Shown here: positions 1 through 9,720 of the stretch, piece after piece | Layout of the letters: each line of letters opens with the position of its first letter | How positions within the stretch are numbered: the first letter of the stretch is position 1 | Assembly (NCBI GenBank): GCA_000146045.2 | Contig: BK006944.2 | Location: 384,001-448,000, forward strand | Length of the DNA stretch: 64,000 nt | Origin: TPA_inf: Saccharomyces | Lineage: Eukaryota | Reading direction: 5' to 3' | Position numbers and translations under genes: made by a program | The notes under the pieces: model-generated | The model's input: only the letters and a program-made list of their open reading frames with translations | What the model was told of the DNA's origin: nothing | The model's database searches: none

Positions 1-725
1 ATACCTTCCGAATCCGACACAACGATGTAGTCTACATCTTTGTCTCCACCGTATGTAGCCAATCTACATTCGATGGAATCAGGTTCGGTAATGTCTAAAA
101 ACACACCTTCTGGCTTTCTGAACCTGTGGGAATAGGCAGCAATAGCATCACCTTCGGTTGGGGTGTAAATGATAGGAACTAATTCCTTGATATGTCTCCT
201 TATTAATGCAAAATATAGGACTTTGTTCTGTACTCTCAAAGACGTCATGAAGTCGTTTTTGGCCAAGGGCGTCTTCAAATAGCATAACTGCTTGTAGCTT
301 CTTTCCAGTTGTTCGTCCAAAGTGTTCACTTGTGGTGGTAGCAATGCTTCTAAATTAAACGCTTCCCTTTCTTCTTGTGTAAATGCAGAACCCTTGTTAA
401 ATAAAGGAGAGTTTAAAAGTTGAAAGCTCTCCAAGGGACATTCTATGGCACCTTCTACAGTCAAACGAGTGGCATGTGGGTGAGGAGCTTCGAAGATCTT
501 TCTGGCGCGAGAACCGACGGGTGTTTTAGTGACCTCCTCGTCGCTGTATGGCTTTTGGAAAGTATTTTCTCTTGTTGTGGTAGCTTTATGCGATCTAGTG
601 TTAGAAGAATATAAACGCGATTGCTGAATAGGCCATCTTCTTAATGGTGCTGTCCTTGATGCTGTCAAGGATCTGGTTAGTTGCGATCTAGCAGCAACGG
701 AAACGGATAGTCTGGTTCTAAGCAT
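1..725 (-). CDS. MAE1: Mitochondrial malic enzyme, N-terminal ~241 codons (YKL029C); the 3' part lies before the window start
   Basis: Reverse-complement of 1..725 translates from ATG (725..723) as MLRTRLSVSVAARSQLTRSLTASRTAPLRRWPIQQSRLYSS...YTPTEGDAIAAYSHRFRKPEGVF..., an open frame to the window edge; it matches remembered Mae1 and sits where expected relative to TFA1. Absent from the ORF track because it is truncated. Confidence 0.85.
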   Translation of the reverse strand, partial: MLRTRLSVSVAARSQLTRSLTASRTAPLRRWPIQQSRLYSSNTRSHKATTTRENTFQKPYSDEEVTKTPVGSRARKIFEAPHPHATRLTVEGAIECPLESFQLLNSPLFNKGSAFTQEEREAFNLEALLPPQVNTLDEQLERSYKQLCYLKTPLAKNDFMTSLRVQNKVLYFALIRRHIKELVPIIYTPTEGDAIAAYSHRFRKPEGVFLDITEPDSIECRLATYGGDKDVDYIVVSDSEG

Positions 726-1103
726 AACCGTATTTCTACCTTTTGTCTTGGTATTTATGTGCACTAAACTCGTTAAAAGTTGTAGGTTTCAAAAGCACAA
801 ATATCCGAAGCTGGACACAATATACGAGTAAGTATAAAGATACGCATATATATATATATATAATATGTCAATCATGCCGGTAACGGGTACGACTTCGAAA
901 CTCTATAGCGCTAAAGCTGTAGACCAAAGGAAGTCAAATGGAGCATACGCGGTACAGTAATAGGAAATTGCGAAAATTTTTCACCATAGAAAGGCGATGA
1001 TGAGTCGAAGCCAAGGGGACTCAGTCACTCAGTCAGCTGATGCGATGCGATGTTAGCGCAAACAATAACGCGTACGATAATAAAACTTCAAATGCGCCAA
1101 TTC

Positions 1104-1127
1104 TTTTTTTTTTTTTTTTTTTTTTTT
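1104..1127. repeat. Poly(dT) tract of 24 T in the MAE1/TFA1 divergent promoter
   Basis: Uninterrupted T24; also (TA)n at about 845-866. Confidence 0.95.
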
Positions 1128-1757
1128 GATTTCTTTTCATATATCCGATTTAAACCGCCTAGGGAAGAGTAAAAACCCGAATTGTTCCGTCTATACTTGG
1201 TTGTATGGGTGTTTTTTCTTCGATGCTTTTCGTATAAGAAGATATGCAGTGAATATCTTTCAATCGCCTTGAACGGTTGACAAGACGCAAGAATTTGAAA
1301 AACCTTGCAATGCACGATGCAATATTCAATTTGCACACATCGAAACGAATTGGTATCGAAAATAAACGCGAAACATATGAGAAATTTTTCTAACTTTTCT
1401 TCCTTCGTTAAGAGTGATCCTTGCACTGTGATGAATCGCTATAATTGTTGTAATGATTGACACTGGGTGAAGGGCAAAGGATGTCCAAATGATAAAAAAA
1501 CAAAAAAATTTGGAAGTGTAAATTGTACCATGGGCGAATTTCAGGTTACTATTGTAGTCTGGTGAGTTAATACGTAATAATACTTGGTTTTTTTTTTTGG
1601 TTTTTTACTAAGCGTTACCGTGTGTAGTGATTATCTAAGCGGTTCTTGCAAGATTAGGAAAAAAGCTAATTAAGTGTAAACTTGGCAGCATGATTGCTCG
1701 TCCTAATCGAGCCAAAGATAGAAAACTACTGGAAGCAGCTGCTGCAGTGAGTAGAGT

Positions 1758-3206
1758 ATGGATAGACCTATAGATGATATTGTGAAAAATCTTTTAAAGT
1801 TCGTCGTTAGGGGGTTTTATGGTGGCTCCTTTGTACTGGTACTCGATGCTATACTATTTCACTCGGTCCTAGCTGAAGATGACTTGAAACAATTGTTGAG
1901 CATAAATAAGACGGAACTGGGGCCGCTAATTGCTAGACTAAGATCAGACAGGTTAATATCCATACACAAACAAAGAGAATACCCTCCAAACTCAAAAAGT
2001 GTGGAAAGAGTTTACTACTATGTAAAATATCCTCATGCTATTGACGCAATCAAATGGAAGGTCCATCAAGTCGTACAAAGATTGAAGGATGACTTGGACA
2101 AAAATTCAGAACCTAATGGTTACATGTGTCCGATTTGTTTGACCAAGTACACACAATTGGAAGCTGTACAATTATTGAATTTTGATAGGACAGAATTTTT
2201 ATGTTCCCTATGTGATGAACCGTTGGTGGAAGATGATTCTGGTAAAAAAAACAAAGAGAAGCAAGATAAATTAAATAGGTTAATGGACCAAATTCAGCCA
2301 ATCATTGATTCTTTGAAAAAGATTGATGATTCAAGAATTGAGGAGAATACTTTCGAAATTGCATTGGCTCGCTTGATACCACCTCAAAATCAATCACATG
2401 CAGCATACACGTACAATCCAAAGAAAGGCAGCACCATGTTCAGACCGGGAGATTCTGCTCCATTGCCAAATCTTATGGGTACTGCTCTTGGTAACGACAG
2501 TAGTAGACGTGCCGGTGCTAACTCTCAAGCCACATTACACATCAACATTACCACGGCAAGTGATGAAGTGGCTCAAAGGGAATTGCAAGAGAGACAGGCT
2601 GAAGAGAAAAGAAAACAAAACGCTGTCCCTGAATGGCATAAACAGAGTACCATCGGTAAAACTGCTCTTGGTAGACTGGATAATGAAGAGGAGTTCGATC
2701 CTGTAGTTACTGCATCTGCCATGGATTCTATAAATCCTGATAATGAACCTGCACAGGAAACATCCTATCAAAATAACAGAACTCTGACCGAGCAAGAAAT
2801 GGAAGAAAGAGAGAATGAAAAGACGTTGAATGATTACTACGCTGCTTTGGCTAAAAAGCAAGCAAAGCTCAATAAAGAAGAAGAGGAGGAGGAAGAAGAA
2901 GAAGAGGATGAGGAAGAAGAAGAGGAAGAAGAGATGGAAGATGTTATGGATGATAACGATGAAACTGCTAGAGAAAATGCATTGGAAGATGAATTTGAAG
3001 ACGTAACGGATACAGCTGGCACCGCAAAGACAGAATCAAACACCTCCAACGACGTAAAACAAGAATCGATTAATGATAAGACTGAAGACGCTGTAAATGC
3101 TACTGCCACTGCTTCAGGTCCGAGTGCAAACGCTAAACCAAATGATGGTGATGATGATGATGATGATGATGATGATGAGATGGACATTGAGTTTGAGGAC
3201 GTTTGA
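1758..3206 (+). CDS. TFA1: TFIIE large subunit (YKL028W), 482 aa
   Basis: ORF 482 aa starting MDRPIDDIVKNLLKFVVRGFYGG...; zinc ribbon CPICLTKY...CSLCDEP; acidic Glu/Asp-rich C-terminus; length matches Tfa1. Confidence 0.93.
   Translation: MDRPIDDIVKNLLKFVVRGFYGGSFVLVLDAILFHSVLAEDDLKQLLSINKTELGPLIARLRSDRLISIHKQREYPPNSKSVERVYYYVKYPHAIDAIKWKVHQVVQRLKDDLDKNSEPNGYMCPICLTKYTQLEAVQLLNFDRTEFLCSLCDEPLVEDDSGKKNKEKQDKLNRLMDQIQPIIDSLKKIDDSRIEENTFEIALARLIPPQNQSHAAYTYNPKKGSTMFRPGDSAPLPNLMGTALGNDSSRRAGANSQATLHINITTASDEVAQRELQERQAEEKRKQNAVPEWHKQSTIGKTALGRLDNEEEFDPVVTASAMDSINPDNEPAQETSYQNNRTLTEQEMEERENEKTLNDYYAALAKKQAKLNKEEEEEEEEEEDEEEEEEEEMEDVMDDNDETARENALEDEFEDVTDTAGTAKTESNTSNDVKQESINDKTEDAVNATATASGPSANAKPNDGDDDDDDDDDEMDIEFEDV
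2875..3176 (+). repeat. TFA1: Coding trinucleotide repeats in TFA1: GAA/GAG run (2875-2940, poly-Glu) and (GAT)9 (3150-3176, poly-Asp)
   Basis: Translate to EEEEEEEEEEDEEEEEEEEME and DGDDDDDDDDDE. Confidence 0.9.
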
Positions 3207-3561
3207 TATGGTCCGTTTTTTTTAAATCTTACCAACTAGCTCTTACAATGTAGAACCAACTTTTCCTTTCTTCATTTTCTTCTCTATTGTATCAAGCTTC
3301 TCTTAAAATCTAAAAAAAATGAGAGAAAAAAAAAAGAATACGTCTGGAAAAAATCACATGAAAAAATTTCAGAAAAAGAAAGCGGAGCTACTAGACATAT
3401 GGCATCTTTATAGTAATAATAAAAACATTACTAGTGAGAATATTGAGGTGTAAAAAATATTTTTTCGAGCATATTTAGTTTATATATATTTAATAAAGAA
3501 CCTCAACTTATAGAAGGCACAGAAGGATTGCTTTATCATTCAACCAAAGTACAAAAATAAT

Positions 3562-4905
3562 ATGGTAGAGAAGGATACATGGAAACTGATAACTGCCACT
3601 GCACTATTCACTGTGGCAGTGACGACGATTACAGATTATGCTTGGACCAGTTGGCAAGCACAAAAGCAAGTAATTGCGCAACAAAAAAATAAGAATAAAG
3701 GTGGGCAAACAAAATCTGACACGGATAAATATCATCAATATGATGAACAGTTTATTCGCCAATCTTTGAAAAACAATGTTGAATTTCTTGGTGAGGACAC
3801 AATTGAAAAACTATCCAATCAATATGTTGTTGTCGTGGGAGCAGGTGGAGTTGGATCTTGGGTGGTTAACTCTTTGGTGCGGTCCGGATGCCGAAAGATC
3901 AGGGTCGTTGATTTTGACCAGGTCTCACTAAGTTCACTAAATAGACACAGCTGTGCCATACTAAATGATGTTGGCACGCCAAAAGTGGAATGTCTACGAA
4001 GGCATATGCGGGAAATTGCACCATGGTGTGAGATTGATCCGATTAATGAATTATGGACGTTACAAAATGGCGAAAGACTGACCCTTGGTAATGGAACTCC
4101 TGACTTTATCGTGGACTGCATTGATAATATTGATACAAAGGTCGACTTACTTGAGTTTGCCTATAATCATGGTATCAAAGTGATCTCTTCCATGGGTGCT
4201 TCCGCGAAAAGTGATCCTACAAAACTTAATGTGGGGGACTTGGCTACCACGGAGGAGGATCCTCTTGCAAGGGTAGTGAGAAGGAAATTAAAGAAAAGAG
4301 GTATCTTATCCGGAATTCCTGTAGTATTTAGTGCCGAAAAACCAGATCCGAAGAAGGCTAAATTATTACCCTTACCAGATGAGGAATATGAAAGAGGAAA
4401 GGTCGACGAGCTGAGCGCCCTGAAGGACTTCCGTGTAAGAATCCTACCCGTTTTAGGTACTATGCCAAGTTTGTTTGGATTGACCATCACTACGTGGATT
4501 TTATCTAATATATCCGATAAACCTCTAGAACCTGTTGAGGGTAAGAATAGAATTAAGGTATACGATGGTATATATCAATCGTTGGCAGGTCAAATGAGCA
4601 GAGTCGGTATACCGAGCCAAAGAATCCCATTGGCTTTGAAGGATGTTAGTTACCTTGTCGAAGAGGTGTTTAAGGGTAAATCTCCAATTAGCGGCATTTC
4701 CACTAGACTAACTTTAACCAAATGGGATCCCTCTAAACCTATCTCTTTGCAAAATGTGGTAGTACTAACTAAAAACGAACAGAAAGTGCACGAAGACCGT
4801 GTCTTGAAGGGTAAGGAAAGCTTACAAGATGTTTATGATGCCAAAGTTCTAAAACTGGTTTCACAAAGATTCAGAGAAGAAGCTTATTACTCTCAATTCA
4901 GATGA
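3562..4905 (+). CDS. TCD2: tRNA threonylcarbamoyladenosine dehydratase, ThiF/MoeB family (YKL027W), 447 aa
   Basis: N-terminal hydrophobic anchor; Rossmann GAGGVGS motif of E1-like/ThiF proteins; position between TFA1 and GPX1. Confidence 0.85.
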   Translation: MVEKDTWKLITATALFTVAVTTITDYAWTSWQAQKQVIAQQKNKNKGGQTKSDTDKYHQYDEQFIRQSLKNNVEFLGEDTIEKLSNQYVVVVGAGGVGSWVVNSLVRSGCRKIRVVDFDQVSLSSLNRHSCAILNDVGTPKVECLRRHMREIAPWCEIDPINELWTLQNGERLTLGNGTPDFIVDCIDNIDTKVDLLEFAYNHGIKVISSMGASAKSDPTKLNVGDLATTEEDPLARVVRRKLKKRGILSGIPVVFSAEKPDPKKAKLLPLPDEEYERGKVDELSALKDFRVRILPVLGTMPSLFGLTITTWILSNISDKPLEPVEGKNRIKVYDGIYQSLAGQMSRVGIPSQRIPLALKDVSYLVEEVFKGKSPISGISTRLTLTKWDPSKPISLQNVVVLTKNEQKVHEDRVLKGKESLQDVYDAKVLKLVSQRFREEAYYSQFR

Positions 4906-5379
4906 TCTTGTTCCTTTCCAACATATAAAGCATTTTCTTCCATAGAGTTACGTACTATTCCAGGAGGCTTTTCGGACTCATACCATATAGAAAACTATTT
5001 TTATGCTTCTTCATTTACTTCTACTTGTTTATGTTTATTTGTAAAATTACATTATTTAATTTCTTGAAAGTAAAAAACTTGAATTTCTGAAATAAATAAA
5101 AACTAGAGAAAAATTAACGATGAGGCATGCGACGGAAATCAATATTGAAACTTCTCAAAGCTGAACCACTGAAAGGGTTCTTTAGGACAATTTTCATTCC
5201 CTTAATCAACAAAAAATGACTAAAACCTACATATTCTTCTTAGAAAAAATACATACGCAAAACAAGATAGAAGAGCAACTGTTGATACGATAGCAAGGGT
5301 GACAGAGACTATTCAATTATATGTCTTTTATTTTCATTCTTATCACCACTTTTCCGTTTTCAACTTCGTTGACCGCAAA

Positions 5380-5883
5380 TTAAATCTGTTCTTCTGGTGG
5401 TTGATTCAGTAATTCTTCGATTATTGGACAAAGCTCTAGTGGCCTAGTCATGCATGAAAACCTTTTAACCACCTTCCCATTTCGGTCTACCACAAACTTT
5501 TCAAAATTCCATTTTATCATTTTTATTCCAGACTTCCCGCTTACTGAATTCTTTAAGAACTTGTAGACGGGATCTTGCTTTTGCCCGTTGCAACGGATCT
5601 TATGTAGAATAGGGAAGGTTACACCATATTTATCTTGACAGAACTTATTAATCTCTTTATCCTTCTCGAACTCTTGATTTCCGAATTGACCACAGGGAAA
5701 GGCCACAATCACTAGACCATGTGATTTGTATTTTTCGTACAAGTACTCTAATTCCTTGTATTGAGGTGTGAACGCACAATGAGATGCTACATTGACTATC
5801 AAAACCACTTTGTTACGCAGGGAGTTGAAGGGGAATGGATTTCCGTTTTCATCTATTGGTGAAAAAGAATAAAATTCTTGCAT
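5380..5883 (-). CDS. GPX1: Glutathione peroxidase (YKL026C), 167 aa
   Basis: GPx family signature VNVASHCAFTPQY...LVIVAFPCGQFGNQE; 167 aa. Confidence 0.9.
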   Translation of the reverse strand: MQEFYSFSPIDENGNPFPFNSLRNKVVLIVNVASHCAFTPQYKELEYLYEKYKSHGLVIVAFPCGQFGNQEFEKDKEINKFCQDKYGVTFPILHKIRCNGQKQDPVYKFLKNSVSGKSGIKMIKWNFEKFVVDRNGKVVKRFSCMTRPLELCPIIEELLNQPPEEQI

Positions 5884-6126
5884 CGTTACTTATAAATATT
5901 GTGTTTCTCCGCTTATATTCCTTATACGGGTTCACAATCAGAGAACCTCGCCGTGCACAATATCACCTACATGACTAAAATATATTTGTACATTACTGTG
6001 TTATATAATCACTTAATATTGTTCACCATAAGCAATCTCTGTAGTAGAGGTGAGCCCCGGCTTTAAGTTCTCTTAGATGTGGCGAACAAGGGATGAATCG
6101 CTTACCCTATAGAATTAGGGAACAGA

Positions 6127-6186
6127 AGGGGAAAGCAAATACGGAAAATTTTCCACATGAAGACGGTAGTGGGGTATGTCAAGGGG
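6127..6186. promoter_or_regulatory. Two STRE (AGGGG) motifs upstream of GPX1
   Basis: AGGGG at 6127-31 and 6182-86, roughly 250-300 bp upstream of the GPX1 ATG (minus strand, 5883). Msn2/4-type stress element. Confidence 0.45.
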
Positions 6187-6239
6187 ATACTAATGTATAA
6201 TTAATATATATGTGTGTATCTACATTATTTGGTGTTGTT

Positions 6240-8279
6240 TTATTGGGTGATGGATCGAAAGGTGGATTCTATCAAGTCCTTCAACTCCTTATAGGATATA
6301 ATAATACAGTTTAACTCATCGGGCGTTACCAACATTAACTTTTCTTGAATACCAGCGTCTAATTTGTTCAAACATCTTAGGACATGAGTTAAATCCATTA
6401 TTGGTTTCCCATTCGAATCCACTTGATGGAATACGTAGTCATAAAATAGTATAATGGGGAATTTAGTCCCAGATTCGGACCAATTTATGTCTATTCTTGA
6501 TTCGATTCTACCAAAAATGCAATTTAGCTTGTTGACCAGCCTAAATAATCTGCCATTTTCTAGTTCTCTTGATAAGACAGACTCCATGTATTCTGTATAG
6601 GTTTGTGACGATTCCAGGACCATGAACATCTTATCATAAAAGTGACTAGTAAGATCATGAATGCTCTTTTTGGAATCGCCGTTGTCTGATATCAGATACT
6701 TGAGTACATCCTTGAACTTATCATCGATCTGTCTCATGTCATCAATTGATTGAGGGGTTATTTCCTCCAATCGATATTCTTTAGGGGCAGTGTTGTTATT
6801 AGAGTTTTCAATATTAATGGATAGGTTAAATAATAGCTCTCCTAAATATTTGTAGTCTAGCTGTTGTTGTCCCTCTATGGTACTTCCGCCGGAAGATACT
6901 ACGGTATCAGTATCATCATTGAACAAAAGGTCCATAAAATTGCAGTGTGATAACTTGATTCTCCCTGGGTCCCCAGTAATCAAAACTTTTCTCCAGTTTA
7001 ATGTATTGCCAATACTCAAGTTTTGTGAATGGATAGAGTTTATTACATTGGTGAGTTGAACTAAATATATCCATAAATAATTATTCGTTATTGGAAACTT
7101 AGGGAAATTAACAAAGTGGTAATCATACAAAGATAGCGAGTTTGGGTAGTAGTCAAAGACCAAACAAATAGACAGATCACCAAATTTAGTAGTTTGAAAA
7201 ATGTCCCTAAACTTTATCAAATTTGTACAATTAATTTTTGACCATATCTGATATATTTTGGATATTTTGTTTGGATTCATTGACTTATCGATGTTAGGAA
7301 GCCTCTTCAAAACGTAGGCTTTACCGTCATAATTGGAAAAAACTTTGAAGAGCGTAGTTTTATTTAAAAAATCGTTATTATTGAAGTTCAATGGAACCAA
7401 ATTAAAATAATCTTGTACAATACTTGGTATAACTTTACCTGAAGAGGGGAAAACCTGCAAAATCGATAAGTTTTTCTTGGTTAAATCTTCTCTAATATTG
7501 TTTGGAATGAAAAGCTGATCTGCAGACCTTTCATTAGGCTTTAATAATGATTTCAATGATGATGGCTGTTCAGGTGCATATAGGTGATACTGTAGAAGAC
7601 TGTGAGGAGGCGGATAAATACGTGGGTACTTAAGATTACTACTCTCTATGGGTGGCGGTTGCATAGGAGGTGGCACATTATTAGCCATACTCATATTGTT
7701 ACTATTATCATCAGTGGCGTTTATATTTATGCCACCAGAATTTGCAATGGAGGGAAATGGAAAAGAATGTGCATTTGCATTAGTGTGAATTGAGGAGGTT
7801 GAAGACGGAGTGAAAATGGGGGCATTGAAGGGGTCGTAATTGGAACTCGAAGCGGTAGTTGGTATTGATATGCTTATATTACTATTATTGTTATTGTTAT
7901 TCACTAACGAGCTATTAACTATCGGATTAATCATCGGATTAACTGTAGAAGCAGTAGCAGAGGTAGCTGCCATGGCGATATTGCCAGTAGCATTTGTAGC
8001 AGCGGAGGTGGTATTCGTCACAGTGGTTAAGGAGTCACTACCGACTGTCATCGGAGTGAAACTTGCGGATACTTTAGCATTGAACTTAGGAACTGATGTC
8101 ATGGTCGGAGTTGTAGCCTCACCCACATCTATTGGAGGAGGAACGTCATTTATGGTAGTAGCGGTAGTGTTATCGCTGTGTTTGAAAGGGCAACCTTCTT
8201 TCTCCTTTTTGCAGTAGCCATAAATAGTGATATTTCTGCACGGAATATCCTTCGCCCAATCAGGATTGATTTTGTCCAT
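6240..8279 (-). CDS. PAN3: PAN2-PAN3 deadenylase subunit Pan3 (YKL025C), 679 aa
   Basis: N-terminal CCCH zinc finger ([12 protein letters not shown]), low-complexity S/T/N linker, C-terminal pseudokinase; length 679. Confidence 0.9.
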
Positions 8280-8525
8280 GGCGTAAGATACGTCTGACTA
8301 GTCTTTTAGGCTTACCTATCATCGAAACAGTGCTCCCGCCATTGTTATTATTGCTCTTTTAATTCATAAACCAAATAATTTAGCAGTTTATTTTAAGGTT
8401 ACCCTGTAAAGGTCTGATATGTAGGGGAGGGCATATAATCATTTTAATATATATGTATATATTCTTACATATATATATAATATCGCCGTAACTTATAGCG
8501 TAAACTATATAAAATACGTCTTAGT

Positions 8526-9140
8526 CTATAAGCTATCACGGATAGCGTCTTGGACGTCTTTGTACACATCTTCGACGGATCTGTCGCAACGAACACGGAC
8601 GACTTTCGATTTGGTTTCAAAGTACTCGATGACGGGCATACTAGTCTCCTTGAAAGTGTTAAATCTCTTCTTAATGGACTCAATGTTGTCATCGCTTCTA
8701 CCACTGGTCTTGCCACGCTCCAATAGTCTCTCTAACATGATATCTTCAGGGCAGTCAAAGAACAGGATGAATTTGCTTTCAACGATGTCTCTTTCAAAGG
8801 AAATGGCTTGATCCATCTTCCTAGGAAATCCGTCAATTAAGAACTTATGCTTGTTCGCCTTGACGTTATCGGAAATAGCGTTGCGTAAAAGCGCCAAAGT
8901 AATCTCTTGAGGGACAATCTGGCCCTCTTTGATGCAGTTCTTGATCAATTCCCCATATTGGGAACCTGCTCTGCCCTGCTCAGCACGTAGAAGGTCTCCG
9001 GCTGACAAATGGACAAATGAATAGTCCTTAACTAGTTTTTCACACTGAGTACCCTTGCCTGCACCGGGTCCTCCTAGAACGAAGATCACGGAAACTTGGT
9101 CAGGCGAGAAAGCTGGCTGTGATGTAGTGGCAGCTGTCAT
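8526..9140 (-). CDS. URA6: Uridylate (UMP/CMP) kinase (YKL024C), 204 aa
   Basis: Adenylate-kinase-family P-loop VIFVLGGPGAGKGTQCEKL; 204 aa. Confidence 0.93.
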   Translation of the reverse strand: MTAATTSQPAFSPDQVSVIFVLGGPGAGKGTQCEKLVKDYSFVHLSAGDLLRAEQGRAGSQYGELIKNCIKEGQIVPQEITLALLRNAISDNVKANKHKFLIDGFPRKMDQAISFERDIVESKFILFFDCPEDIMLERLLERGKTSGRSDDNIESIKKRFNTFKETSMPVIEYFETKSKVVRVRCDRSVEDVYKDVQDAIRDSL

Positions 9141-9145
9141 TTGTC

Positions 9146-9373
9146 TTATTCAAGAAATTCAACTGGTTCGTTCTTTTGATAGTTTACCGAAATAACTGAT
9201 GTCACGAGTGCTAAAGTTCCTACGAGTACCAACAATTTGCCTTTGTGTTTACCCTTGCTTTGACTTTTGTTAGCGCGTGGTACGTTTACGTTGGTCTTCG
9301 AAGGTGCTGTATTGTGGAAAGTTGGTTTTTTCGAAGAATAAAATCTCAGTATAAACCTGTAGCGTGGATTCAT
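9146..9373 (-). CDS. Small 75-aa protein with a basic N-terminal presequence-like segment and one C-terminal TM helix (probably YKL023C-A)
   Basis: MNPRYRFILRFYSSKK... then K/R-rich middle then LLVLVGTLALVTSVISV. Its stop codon is 5 nt upstream of the URA6 ATG. I recall a small annotated ORF at this position but not its name with certainty. Confidence 0.55.
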   Translation of the reverse strand: MNPRYRFILRFYSSKKPTFHNTAPSKTNVNVPRANKSQSKGKHKGKLLVLVGTLALVTSVISVNYQKNEPVEFLE

Positions 9374-9720
9374 AATATAACTAAGCTAACATAAAAACGG
9401 GAGAGGGTGTGTGCGACTAAAGGCAAAGACAGGAATGCATCGCTTTAAAAGATCACCATAACTACTTAAAAGTTTCGTTAACGTGGTGAAAAAGAAAAGA
9501 AAAAGAAAAGTGAAAAAAATAAACCTAGGGTTGAAAATATAATCAGTTAGGTGTCATGATATTGATACATTTATTTCTATAGGTCTGAGAGTACTAACTT
9601 AGGGTATATGAGGGGTGTTAAGTTGGGATGATGACGCATTAATTAAGAGTTCATTATATGAGGATATTGTATACAATGCAAGAATAGCGCCCCAATCCCG
9701 GCCAGGTATAACGTGCAAGC

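Noticed and set aside
1009-1045. Tandem ACTCAGTC x2 and GATGCG x2 with a near-Gcn4/AP-1 half-site (GGACTCA) in the MAE1/TFA1 promoter
   Set aside because: There is no full TGACTCA; short direct repeats of this size are common. Too weak to call a regulatory site.
1088-1426. 112-aa minus-strand ORF with a poly-Lys run
   Set aside because: The Lys run is the reverse reading of the T24 promoter homopolymer. It lies in the MAE1/TFA1 divergent promoter and has no domain.
2837-3235. 132-aa poly-Ser ORF on the minus strand
   Set aside because: It is the antisense reading of the TFA1 GAA/GAG/GAT acidic repeats, a low-complexity artefact fully inside a well-supported gene.
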